DNA from: a virus
Taxonomy: Duplodnaviria > Caudoviricetes
DNA: 40,289 nucleotides
Reading direction: 5' to 3' (one strand)
IMG/VR virus record: IMGVR_UViG_3300040735_000022
Location: 1 to 40,289 of that record
Part shown: piece after piece, positions 26,700 to 35,485 of the stretch
Numbering within the stretch: position 1 is the first letter of the stretch
Layout: each line of letters begins with the position of its first letter
Position numbers and translations under genes: made by a program
Notes under the pieces: generated by a model
Told to the model about the DNA's origin: nothing
Database searches by the model: none
What the model saw: only the letters and a program-made list of their open reading frames with translations

Positions 26700-27125
26700 C
26701 TAATCTTCGTTTTCCCACTTTTCGGCCAACCGCGGATAATCCTCTAGGTTGAACTCGTACCGCATGGACCGCGATGGGCGCCTGCAGTCCACCAGCTCCT
26801 CGATCTGTGTGTGTTCCAACCCGCGCAGCATCAACCAGCTCGCCACCTGGCTGCGCGGCACGCTCAACCGTGTTGCTATCTCGTCCAGCGCCGTCTCCAG
26901 CTCCTCCGGCAGGTCGAACATGGCCCGGTTGCGCTTTGCATCCTTCTCGGCTTTTCGCCGTTGCCCGGGCGTTTGGTTCCGCGCCCGTTTCACTCTTTCC
27001 AGTGCCCCGAATACCGGATCGCTCGTCTTCCCTCTCTCCCTTTCAGGAAGAGGGTAGGGTGTGGGTGTAACCGCCGCCTCCACCGCCCCGTCTAGTTCCA
27101 ATCGTTTCCCTTTTTTGATCGCCAT
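26700..27125 (-). CDS. Ribbon-helix-helix protein, putative type Ib partition adaptor
   Basis: RAMFDLPEELETALDEIATRLSVPRSQVASWLMLRGL RHH with a basic disordered N-terminus; downstream of parA. Confidence 0.7.
   Translation of the reverse strand: MAIKKGKRLELDGAVEAAVTPTPYPLPERERGKTSDPVFGALERVKRARNQTPGQRRKAEKDAKRNRAMFDLPEELETALDEIATRLSVPRSQVASWLMLRGLEHTQIEELVDCRRPSRSMRYEFNLEDYPRLAEKWENED
27030..27066 (-). repeat. Palindromic REP-like element (imperfect), in frame in CDS
   Basis: Plus strand CCCTCTCTCCC-TTTC-AGGAAGAGGG-TAGGGTGTGGGT; encodes PTPYPLPERERG. Confidence 0.75.
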
Positions 27126-27136
27126 GGTTTTACTCC

Positions 27137-28702
27137 TTACGCCAGCGTTTCAACACACCGTTTCATGATCATTTCCATGACCGGCGGGGTGACGGCATTT
27201 CCGTACTGGCGGACTTTGTCTCGGTTTGTGCCTTTGACGATGTAATCTCCCGGAAAGGCCATCGCCTTTCCGATCTCGTGAGGTCGGAGCATGCGGAAGG
27301 TCAAATCGTCTACGGTCAGGTTTTCGAGCGCGCCGACAAACCCAGCGCGATCGAGGGCGGTGACGGTATGGACCGGATCTGTCAGGCTACTGGCCTGCTG
27401 CGTGCCGTAGTAGTAGGTCAGGAAAGCACCAGAAGAAAGAAGTGCGTGATGTTGACCGCCGGCAGCAACGCACATGAGAGGATCATCCACCCCGGATACC
27501 TTCGATGTGCCATGCAACTCTGCGATGAAGGCAGGCGCAGTTAATAAAGCGTGGTGATCCCAGGTAGTGATGGTGCCGGTCGGTTCGTCGAGGCCGAAAT
27601 TCATGGCGCGCGGATCAGCCTGACCACCGTATTGTTTGGAGAGAAACCCGACCAGGCCGACAGTCTGGCGCGTGGTCTGAGTGGTGACGGGGTCTACGCT
27701 CGAAACTGCGCGGTTATCGGGAGCGTGAGAATAACCAGTTTCGACCAACCAGGGAAACACGACGGCATGAGAGGCGTCGCCGGGTTGGATTGGCAGCGGC
27801 TCTGCTTCTGTGTCCTTTACCCGGCATTCGACGCCGCTGGTATAGCGACCGGTGACGATCAACGGTTTGCGCCCATAGGTTTCGAGGCCGTAGCGTATGC
27901 GCTCCAAGGTCTTCGGTTTCAGAGGGCGCTGACGGTCGCCGATGCGCTCAGCCTGGATCGACCAGTCGATTGCATTCATTGCGGCATAGTAATAAGGCTC
28001 GGTTTTCCGGGCGCAGCGCGAGCAACGATAAAAATACTGCGCCTTGTAGCGTCCCCAGGCATGACCGTTCTTCCAGGTCTGGATGGCTTCTACATCTCTC
28101 TCACAATGCTGGCAGTACGCCAGTGGTCGAAAATTCAGGTTGGGGATTGGATTACCGTGCTTCCAGAAGACGGTATACATGCGGTCGCGGCTTTGTGGCG
28201 TTGGCCAGGCGAACATGCTGTTGAAGTAAACAACCTGGTGGTCATAACCCAGTGCGTGCATCGCGGTCAACCAGGCATCCCAGAGGCGCCACTTTCCAGC
28301 ATCGACGACGTTCTCGACGATGATCATCTCGTAGTCATGGTATTCTGCGAATCTGGGCACGTCCCACATGGTGGCGCGGCTGCGTTCCTCGGCCGGATCG
28401 ATGAGGACGTTGCCGAACAGATCTCGCTCGTAGTAGCGCCGCGGTTTACCCTTCGCCAGGCTGTGATTGGTGCATTCCGGCGACGTGATGAGGATATCGG
28501 TGGATGGATAACGGCGCGGATCCGTGGCAGAGATATCGGTGCAGACGTGATCGACGTTTGGGAAGTTCGTGTTGTGGGTTTCAATGGCCAACTTCCAGTG
28601 GTTCATAGCCAGACGAACTTCGGCCCCCGCATGGGTGGCACCGATGGATGAACCTCCTGCCCCACAGAACTGATCGGTGACGGTGATGTAACTGTTTTTC
28701 AT
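27137..28702 (-). CDS. DNA (cytosine-5) methyltransferase
   Basis: DQFCGAGG, SPEC, ENV, QSRDR and QYGNAV motifs; long variable region with repeated P-x-x-T units. Start probably 28702 (track gives 28723). Confidence 0.95.
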   Translation of the reverse strand: MKNSYITVTDQFCGAGGSSIGATHAGAEVRLAMNHWKLAIETHNTNFPNVDHVCTDISATDPRRYPSTDILITSPECTNHSLAKGKPRRYYERDLFGNVLIDPAEERSRATMWDVPRFAEYHDYEMIIVENVVDAGKWRLWDAWLTAMHALGYDHQVVYFNSMFAWPTPQSRDRMYTVFWKHGNPIPNLNFRPLAYCQHCERDVEAIQTWKNGHAWGRYKAQYFYRCSRCARKTEPYYYAAMNAIDWSIQAERIGDRQRPLKPKTLERIRYGLETYGRKPLIVTGRYTSGVECRVKDTEAEPLPIQPGDASHAVVFPWLVETGYSHAPDNRAVSSVDPVTTQTTRQTVGLVGFLSKQYGGQADPRAMNFGLDEPTGTITTWDHHALLTAPAFIAELHGTSKVSGVDDPLMCVAAGGQHHALLSSGAFLTYYYGTQQASSLTDPVHTVTALDRAGFVGALENLTVDDLTFRMLRPHEIGKAMAFPGDYIVKGTNRDKVRQYGNAVTPPVMEMIMKRCVETLA

Positions 28703-28703
28703 A

Positions 28704-28748
28704 ATCCTCTTCATCCTCTTCATCCCTGTTATCTTGTCTATCCTGTCT
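28704..28748. repeat. 9-bp degenerate tandem repeat, five units
   Basis: ATCCTCTTC ATCCTCTTC ATCCCTGTT ATCTTGTCT ATCCTGTCT fills the parA-methylase gap. Confidence 0.7.
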
Positions 28749-28752
28749 CCCC

Positions 28753-29556
28753 CTACCTCAATACCCTCTCCACAATCTCCCCCAGGTGCTGGTATCCACC
28801 AACACGCCCGTACCGGTTCGGCGCATCTGCCTGCGCTTCATACCCGATCGCACCTGCGCAGTTCGGTGCATACTCCCAAATCGTCTTACCGTAGGAACTC
28901 GCCTCGCGCACCTTTGTATCCATCGGCACCGGTGGCAGCACCAGTTCAACGCTTCCCAGTGTGTCGCGCAGCCGGTCCAGGTTGCCGCGCGTTTCTGCCG
29001 TGTTCCGGTCGAACATGGTCGGCAAGGCCCCGATCAGCGTCGGCGGCGTCACCATCGGCAGCGCCCCCAGGCTCCGCACCGTCCGGATTACTTCCACCAC
29101 CCCATCCAGCGCCAAAAAGTCCAGCTTCGCCGGGATCAGGAAATAATCGCTTGCCACCAGCGCCCCAACGTGCAGCAGATCGCTGCCCGGCGCCAGGTCC
29201 AGCACAACCAGGTCGAACCGTCGCGCGTCCACTTCCAACCGCTGCCCGATCGCATATTCCCGGCCCACCTCTGTTTGCATATAGAGTTTGATCCGTTCGG
29301 TCGTCTTATCGCTGGTCACCAGGCTCAGCCCCGGCCTGGCCTCGATCGCCGCGCTCTCCACCGGCTCGCCTTCCACCAGCCAGTGATACAACCCGGCGCC
29401 CTTATCGTTTCCCAGGCTGCGTGCCGCGTGCCCCTGCACGTCGAAGTCGATCAGCAGCACCCGCTGCCGCCGCGCAGCGAACCACGCCGCCAGGTTCACC
29501 GCCGTGGTCGTCTTCCCCACGCCGCCCTTTTGGTTCACAACCGCCAATGTCTTCAT
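28753..29556 (-). CDS. parA: ParA/Soj family partition ATPase
   Basis: NQKGGVGKTTT deviant Walker A, LIDFDVQG, LDLAP; no N-terminal HTH; start reassigned to ATG 29556 (GGAGG SD). Confidence 0.95.
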   Translation of the reverse strand: MKTLAVVNQKGGVGKTTTAVNLAAWFAARRQRVLLIDFDVQGHAARSLGNDKGAGLYHWLVEGEPVESAAIEARPGLSLVTSDKTTERIKLYMQTEVGREYAIGQRLEVDARRFDLVVLDLAPGSDLLHVGALVASDYFLIPAKLDFLALDGVVEVIRTVRSLGALPMVTPPTLIGALPTMFDRNTAETRGNLDRLRDTLGSVELVLPPVPMDTKVREASSYGKTIWEYAPNCAGAIGYEAQADAPNRYGRVGGYQHLGEIVERVLR

Positions 29557-29771
29557 GCCTGATCCTCCACGCCGATCCACAGGTGACTGGGCAGCATGCT
29601 CTTATCCGCCCGCACCTCGATCCCATCCACCACCGTCTCCGCCGTGCCCACCGGTCCGAAAGCCCGGTCGGGCTTTGCCCCATACTTCCGCTGGTAGTAA
29701 GCGGCCGCATTCCGCACCCGTTCATCCAGCGGCTTCGCCGAGTTATCAAACCAGAGCATTCCCGTTTTCAT
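29553..29771 (-). CDS. Small conserved hypothetical protein
   Basis: Start ATG 29771; GMLWFDN...AAAYYQRKYG motif that I recall from Anaerolineae proteins; ATGA-coupled to parA. Confidence 0.75.
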   Translation of the reverse strand: MKTGMLWFDNSAKPLDERVRNAAAYYQRKYGAKPDRAFGPVGTAETVVDGIEVRADKSMLPSHLWIGVEDQA

Positions 29772-30396
29772 AAACCTCTCTCCTGTTGTTGATTCGTTCT
29801 CCATAAATTGCCTGGATGGCCTGCGCCCGGCCGCCGTCTCGCCATCGTGCCGGGTATGGGCCGCCCGCCCGATCGGCATGTCCCCGATCGCATAACCACC
29901 CCGTCAGCCACTGCGCGTAATCGCGCTCCTCCGTTCCCTCGCTCCAGCTCCCCACCGGCGCCAGAAATCGCCCGCTTGATTGCGCCATAAACAGGTCGAT
30001 GAACACATATGGAACCCGCCCACCTGCCGTCTGCATATCTGCCAGCGGCCCCAGGTCTCCCGCCAGCGCAGTCGCCACCGGACCGTAGTTTTTGATCAGG
30101 TCGATCTGCTGGGGTGTCATCCCTCGGATCTCGCGGATGATCTCTTTTTGTTTCTCGATCTCGGCCATCCGCGGCGTCATCAAGTCGATCTTTTTCTGCC
30201 GCCAGGCTGCCACCTGCGCCAGCCATTGCAGGTATTCGATCACCGCGAACAGCAGCCACACCAGCAGCCACAGCCCAACCGCCAGTAAGAGCGCTTGCAT
30301 CCATGCCGCCAGTTCACTCCGGATCCACACCGGCAGCAGCATTAGGATGGCTCCCAGCCCCAGTAAGATCGGCTTCTTCATGCTCGGATTTTCCAT
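29746..30396 (-). CDS. Membrane protein (two N-terminal TM segments)
   Basis: Start reassigned to ATG 30396 (GGAGG SD); hydrophobic N-terminus. Confidence 0.7.
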   Translation of the reverse strand: MENPSMKKPILLGLGAILMLLPVWIRSELAAWMQALLLAVGLWLLVWLLFAVIEYLQWLAQVAAWRQKKIDLMTPRMAEIEKQKEIIREIRGMTPQQIDLIKNYGPVATALAGDLGPLADMQTAGGRVPYVFIDLFMAQSSGRFLAPVGSWSEGTEERDYAQWLTGWLCDRGHADRAGGPYPARWRDGGRAQAIQAIYGERINNRREVYENGNALV

Positions 30397-30421
30397 GGTA
30401 AACCCCTCCCCCACTGTCCCT

Positions 30422-30829
30422 TCACCGCCGCCGCGATGCCTGTTCGCCGCACGCAGGCTGCGGCAGCTCATTCACGCCCCCAAACGGCTCGCCTTCGCGC
30501 TCACGCTCGGTGAACCGCACCCGGATGTCATCCCCACCGTCTCGCATCAACCATGCGGCGTTCGCCTGTGTGATGTAATCCAACCGGCTGCAGTCTGATG
30601 GGCTGCCGTGTACGGTCACGTTCACTCGCCCACCCTCTCGACCCAGCCGCATCCGCTCCAGCTGGTCCGCAAGGTTCAGGATCTCGTTCGCGTGCTCGCG
30701 GTCGTGAAGGTTAACGTCCACCTCCTCCGCGTCGGCCTGCCCGTCCCCGTCGCTGGCATCTCCACGCAACGCCAGCCACATCACCAGTACGATCCCGCCA
30801 ATGATGAGTAGATCCACCCAGCTATACAT
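30422..30829 (-). CDS. Hypothetical protein with N-terminal membrane anchor
   Basis: 135 aa; LLIIGGIVLVMWLAL hydrophobic segment. Confidence 0.65.
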   Translation of the reverse strand: MYSWVDLLIIGGIVLVMWLALRGDASDGDGQADAEEVDVNLHDREHANEILNLADQLERMRLGREGGRVNVTVHGSPSDCSRLDYITQANAAWLMRDGGDDIRVRFTEREREGEPFGGVNELPQPACGEQASRRR

Positions 30830-31091
30830 GGCTTTCTTCTCTCCGCAGATAGCTGCGCCACCGGTCCAGCAGCGGCGTCAGCTCGTTCGCCACGCGCACC
30901 GCGCCCGGGTCCCCGTAGATGAACGCCATCCGGTTGATCATCGGCCGGATCTCGTCATCCACCAGCTCCAGCGCCTCGTTCGCCACCCCCAGCCGTTCTT
31001 CGAGTTCTTTCATGCTCGATCCGGTCTTGACCGCCTCGTCGCGCAGTCGCCGGTTGTCGTCCTCGATCTGTCGGATCCAATCCTGGCTCAT
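30822..31091 (-). CDS. Hypothetical coiled-coil protein
   Basis: 89 aa, purine-rich SD, overlaps the next gene. Confidence 0.7.
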   Translation of the reverse strand: MSQDWIRQIEDDNRRLRDEAVKTGSSMKELEERLGVANEALELVDDEIRPMINRMAFIYGDPGAVRVANELTPLLDRWRSYLRREESHV

Positions 31092-31105
31092 GTTTTTCTC
31101 TTTCT

Positions 31106-31140
31106 CCCTCTCCCTTCCAGGGAGAGGGTAGGGTGAGGGT
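31106..31140 (-). repeat. Palindromic REP-like element
   Basis: Plus strand CCCTCTCCCT-TCC-AGGGAGAGGG-TAGGGTGAGGGT. Confidence 0.85.
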
Positions 31141-31164
31141 CATTCCAAAATTCAACGATTGAAT

Positions 31165-31528
31165 TTTGTGAACTTCCAAATCGGAAGTTCACACATAGTT
31201 CACGCAATAGCCGTGGTAGTTTGCCTCCCTTTTTTTTCTTCTTTGGCAAAATACCGTCTCAATCTCATATAAGTTAACGAGAGTTCAAAGTATTCACGTT
31301 TTCGAGGCTCAAAAATGCCAAAATCGTCGTTTTGAACGTAAGATTCGGTCATTTCTGCCACTTCAACCGCCGTGAACATGTGAACTACGTGAACTATGAA
31401 AGGGCGCGGGTAGTATGTTTTGTTCTGAAGATTAATTTCTGTCCCATCGGTCCGCCCGTTTTTAATCTTCGCGACAAGACAAGCTCCAGCAGTTGCGAGT
31501 GTGTTCACAAAGTTCACAAGTTCACGCG
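31165..31528. other. Putative replication origin with GTTCAC iterons
   Basis: Nine exact GTTCAC/GTGAAC hexamers in clusters of both orientations, in an AT-rich stretch directly downstream of the primase-helicase gene. Confidence 0.7.
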
Positions 31529-31536
31529 CGCCCATC

Positions 31537-34512
31537 TCACACCCCCGCCAGGTTACCTTGCGCCAGAGTCGGCGGCTTCGGCTCCTCTTCCTTCGGACCG
31601 AAATCTTTCGGATTCACCCCGAATTTTGTGCTCAGCCCCACCAGCCTTGGCTGGTTCCAGATCATCCAGAACCCATCCCGCCGCCGTTCTGTCACCTGGA
31701 ACTGGAGTTCCTCCCGGATGATCCGCCCTACGCGCTGGCTCTTCAGTTCCTTGCGCTTCGTGAACTTGCTGTGTTCCTCATCCTCGTCTTCCTCTTCCTC
31801 ATCGTTCATCTCGTTAATGATCTGGTTCGTGATCCTCGTGATGTCTCCGATTTTGATCAGGTTCACGCCTTCCTCGTCCAGTTTCACGCAGGCCTGGTGC
31901 AGGTCCGGGTAGTTCCATATCTTCCAGATCGCCTCGATCACCCGCGCCGCCAGCGTCATGCTCTGGCTGATGATCGTTTCCTGGTAGTAGTCCCGCAGTG
32001 TTTCCCGGATGTCTTCCTGCTGGTACGGATCGTCTTTCGCGATTGCTAGCAGCGGCCCCGCCACCTGGTTGAGGCGTGCGCTGATGCTCTTGTCGTACCA
32101 GGTTGGATCGATTGCGATCTCAGGTTGCCAGGTCTCCAGCCTGAACCGGATCAACAGGTTCCGCAAAGCCGCCGCCTTCGCCAGGATGTTCGAGTCAACG
32201 GCCAACGGGATCCCCGCGTCGATCAGCTCCGTCATCTCGCGGCTGGTCAGCTTCAGCGTCAGCGATCGGCTTCCCACCGCGTCATCCTTGAAATCCTTGC
32301 GCATGCCGATCAGCTTTGGGCAGTAAACGTCGAACGTCACAGCTTCCCAATCCTTGCTACCGTCCTCCAGGGTCACCTCCCGGGTGCGCATGATCGGCCT
32401 CCCCTTGAAGGCCCCCTGGTTATAAAATTTGATGATCTCGGCCTCGGTGTCGCTGTACTGGGTATCCGCCTCGTCGATCAAAACCGTGCCATGGTACCGG
32501 TGGACAGACCGGAAAAGGCTCGCCGTGCTGTCTGCGCCTGATGCAGACATCATCCGGTGACAGAGATAACCCACCCGATAGATGAACTCAGATTTTCCCG
32601 CGCCCTTATCCCCAACCGCGCGCAGGTACATCGTCGAATTGAAAGCATCGAAAAGATAGGTCTGGATGACCCAGTAGGCGACCAGCTTGGTCAGTTTGTC
32701 GCTCGGCATGATGTAAACCGAGTTGAGGTACATCTTGATATAGGTCGCCAGCTCGCCGATGGTCTTTTTGTCGCCAACCGCGGACGGGAAGAGGATATGC
32801 CCTGTCCGAACCTGGTCGTTTGGATCGAAGGGTTGATAGTATTTCCCGCCGACCTCTACCCCATTTCCGCTCGAGATTTTTCCATCCGGATCCCGCCATG
32901 CCAGCAGCGCGTGTTCGGTTGCAGGGTCATATAGATACTCGATGAGATACCCATCGATGAAACCGCCCCAGGTGTAGACGCTCTCCCCCATCCGCGCTTT
33001 TTCGACCACCGCATTCAGCGCCTTCACCATCCGGTCCAGGTCTCGGATGGTCACCTGCAGCAGCTTCGCCAGGCGGCTTTTATGCTGGCTTTGGCCGAAC
33101 TCGTCCAGTTGCCCGATCACCGCCACCGCCTGTTTGATCGCTTCGTCTTTGACCGCGCCTTCTCGAGCGCCCGCCCAGCTTGCGATCGCCTCCACGTATG
33201 TCGGCGCCTTATCCATCAGCGCACGCACCGTCCGCACCTGTAAGTCCGGGATAACGTTTGCTTGCGCCATGGACCTCAGCAGGTCGTTCGCATCCTTCAC
33301 GTCCACCAGCTCGCCGTTTTTTTCATAGGCTTTCAGCTTATCGGGCACCGGCCAGTGCATTACCCCGCTCACTGCCCTGGCAATCTGGTTGGCCATCTCC
33401 GTTGTCTCGCGCTGTTTGCTGTTCGCCTTTTCAGGCGTTTTACAATCCACATCATCCAGGTCAGTCCATGGCAGCAGGCGCGTGTTCGGACCCAGCATTT
33501 TGCAAAGTCTCCAGGCTGCATTCAGCCCGGTCGTGTCCGCATCGGTGGCCACGTAGATCGACTTATGTTTGTCCAGCATCTCAACCAGGTTATCGCCCGG
33601 CGTAACCCCTGCCAGTGCAATCGCGCTGATCCCCCATTGCCCCAGGCTGATCGCATCCGCCTGGCCTTCCACCAGCACAACCTCATCATCGTCAGGCACA
33701 TAGACCTGGTTCAGATAGACCTGCCGCGGGCCAACCAGTTCAGCGGGCAGGTTGTAGTGCTGTTTTCCCTCAATCGACCGGTAGGTCAGGTAGACTACCC
33801 GGCCGTTTGATGTATGCGTGTAGACAACTCCATCGCGCCCCCAAATTCCTGGAATTTTTCCCCGCGCGATCCAGTCATCGTGCTGGATTTCCACCTCGTG
33901 ATCAGCAGCCCAGCGTTTCACGTCGCCCTGCCAGCCCAGGATCGACACAGCCACCGCGCTGTCCAAATCCACACCGGCAGCCAGTAGCTCGCCGCGCAGT
34001 TCACGATGTTCATCGTCGCTCCCGGATCCTGTGTAACCTAGGTAAGCCTGGAGCGCTGTTCCTGCGGTTTGCTCGCCGTCCTCATCCACCTGGTAGATCG
34101 TCCAGCCGCGCGCCTCGATGTAGGTCCTGGCCCGTTCGCTTTTCATCAGCCAGCGGTGAAATACTGTCGCTGCCGCGGTCATGGCATCTGTACGGGAGCG
34201 GGTGGCCGCCCGGGCTGTTTCATTCTGCCGAGACCATACCGGGGGGTCCAGGTGGGCCAGTCTGGCCAGCTCTTCGCACGCTGTCTTGAAGTCAACGCGG
34301 TGTTGTTTCTCGTACCAGGCGAGCACATCACCCCACTCGCCGCGTGCGTTCCAGTGATAGGTTTGCTTTTGGACGTCTACCACCAGGCCGCCTGTGCCTG
34401 GTTTGGTGCACTTGCGATACCGACCGCGCGTCGGCAGCGGGTAGCCGTCCTGCACAACCACATCCTCGATCCTGATCCTGGCCTTGATCTGCTCAACGAT
34501 GTCTTCTGTCAT
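31537..34512 (-). CDS. Primase-helicase replication protein (DnaG-type TOPRIM plus P-loop NTPase)
   Basis: 991 aa; VEGQADA and ATDAD TOPRIM motifs, KDANDLL, Walker A GDKGAGKS, Walker B VLIDEAD. Confidence 0.92.
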   Translation of the reverse strand: MTEDIVEQIKARIRIEDVVVQDGYPLPTRGRYRKCTKPGTGGLVVDVQKQTYHWNARGEWGDVLAWYEKQHRVDFKTACEELARLAHLDPPVWSRQNETARAATRSRTDAMTAAATVFHRWLMKSERARTYIEARGWTIYQVDEDGEQTAGTALQAYLGYTGSGSDDEHRELRGELLAAGVDLDSAVAVSILGWQGDVKRWAADHEVEIQHDDWIARGKIPGIWGRDGVVYTHTSNGRVVYLTYRSIEGKQHYNLPAELVGPRQVYLNQVYVPDDDEVVLVEGQADAISLGQWGISAIALAGVTPGDNLVEMLDKHKSIYVATDADTTGLNAAWRLCKMLGPNTRLLPWTDLDDVDCKTPEKANSKQRETTEMANQIARAVSGVMHWPVPDKLKAYEKNGELVDVKDANDLLRSMAQANVIPDLQVRTVRALMDKAPTYVEAIASWAGAREGAVKDEAIKQAVAVIGQLDEFGQSQHKSRLAKLLQVTIRDLDRMVKALNAVVEKARMGESVYTWGGFIDGYLIEYLYDPATEHALLAWRDPDGKISSGNGVEVGGKYYQPFDPNDQVRTGHILFPSAVGDKKTIGELATYIKMYLNSVYIMPSDKLTKLVAYWVIQTYLFDAFNSTMYLRAVGDKGAGKSEFIYRVGYLCHRMMSASGADSTASLFRSVHRYHGTVLIDEADTQYSDTEAEIIKFYNQGAFKGRPIMRTREVTLEDGSKDWEAVTFDVYCPKLIGMRKDFKDDAVGSRSLTLKLTSREMTELIDAGIPLAVDSNILAKAAALRNLLIRFRLETWQPEIAIDPTWYDKSISARLNQVAGPLLAIAKDDPYQQEDIRETLRDYYQETIISQSMTLAARVIEAIWKIWNYPDLHQACVKLDEEGVNLIKIGDITRITNQIINEMNDEEEEDEDEEHSKFTKRKELKSQRVGRIIREELQFQVTERRRDGFWMIWNQPRLVGLSTKFGVNPKDFGPKEEEPKPPTLAQGNLAGV

Positions 34513-34524
34513 CAGCTCTCCAAG

Positions 34525-34621
34525 TTATGCGACATAAAATTCAGGGGATAAACGCTCAAAATCGGCATACTTCCGTAGGTTGTTCGGTGTTATATGTCGC
34601 ATAATCCGTTGTTATGCGACA
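34525..34621. other. Putative tyrosine-recombinase (dif-like) site with a third accessory arm
   Basis: TGTCGCATAA-TCCGTTG-TTATGCGACA (34595..34621), perfect 10-bp arms with a 7-bp spacer; another TTATGCGACATA at 34525..34536. Confidence 0.7.
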
Positions 34622-34647
34622 CGTGCGCCGATTGTCCGCGGCTATTT

Positions 34648-34977
34648 TTATCCATCCCCGCGCTTCGATTTCTGGCAGCCGTCGCGCCCAAGGCCGGATG
34701 CAATGCCTTTTTTGGGAACTTCGTGAATTTTCTTGCTACTGCATTCACTCAGTCCATGAGCCGCCGCGGATGGATATATGGAAGCCGCAAGCTGACACTG
34801 AACTCGGCGTATCAGTTCGACAGCTTTGTTTATGTCCTCGAGCGCTGGGGTCAAAATTGCACCGGTTGAACATCTGGTGATAGCAACATCAATCCGATGA
34901 TCAACCAGGTCAAGATGCACTAGCGCAGCCCCTAGCATTGTTAGCTGACCCTCAGTGAGTTCGTGGGCTTTGCTCAT
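34648..34977 (-). CDS. Hypothetical protein
   Basis: 109 aa in early-operon orientation. Confidence 0.55.
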   Translation of the reverse strand: MSKAHELTEGQLTMLGAALVHLDLVDHRIDVAITRCSTGAILTPALEDINKAVELIRRVQCQLAASIYPSAAAHGLSECSSKKIHEVPKKGIASGLGRDGCQKSKRGDG

Positions 34978-35305
34978 CGATGGACCGCCTAAGTTCGTTG
35001 TTCTCGTGCTGGTTGATGTCTGCGTTCAATTTCGTGATCGTATAGTTGTCGATGGCGTGGGCGCCCATGGTTACCAAGCCGCCCGCAATAACAAGAATCC
35101 AGATTGCTACCAACGCAGCCCAGTTTGCCCATGTCACCATGAGACCGCTGAGCGGTATCACAAGGCCTAGTGTCCCCATCACGTAACGAGAGATCAGACC
35201 AGGCTCTTTACCGAACAATGTCCGATACGGGATCCAGTGTTCCAGAAGCAGAATTAGTGCTGTTGTCGACGTGGCAACAATCATGTCCCAAATAATCTGA
35301 ATCAT
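34952..35305 (-). CDS. Membrane protein (about three TM segments)
   Basis: 117 aa, GGAGG SD, hydrophobic segments. Confidence 0.7.
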   Translation of the reverse strand: MIQIIWDMIVATSTTALILLLEHWIPYRTLFGKEPGLISRYVMGTLGLVIPLSGLMVTWANWAALVAIWILVIAGGLVTMGAHAIDNYTITKLNADINQHENNELRRSIDEQSPRTH

Positions 35306-35417
35306 TACAAGCCTCCATGATCATGTCGAACAACTCCCGGCGTGCGAGAAGGTAACGCGACCGCATTTCTGGCGGCAGCTTGATCAACTCAACCGAGAGC
35401 TGTGATTTTTGAATCAT
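35208..35417 (-). CDS. Possible hypothetical protein
   Basis: 69 aa; overlaps the next gene by 98 nt, so uncertain. Confidence 0.35.
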   Translation of the reverse strand: MIQKSQLSVELIKLPPEMRSRYLLARRELFDMIMEACNDSDYLGHDCCHVDNSTNSASGTLDPVSDIVR

Positions 35418-35485
35418 TCCCTATTCAGTCCAACGTTCTCATTAGATGTGACTACGCAAACGTGTTTTTCCATTACTTCCCGCTT

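Noticed and set aside
27551-28651. 366-aa plus-strand ORF, and similar long plus-strand ORFs such as 24522..25511 and 6564..7421
   Set aside because: Antisense to well-supported minus-strand genes; no recognisable domains.
31200-31535. 111-aa ORF after the primase
   Set aside because: Its VNFVN/VHVVH content is simply the translation of the iteron repeats; more likely origin DNA, though translation is not excluded.
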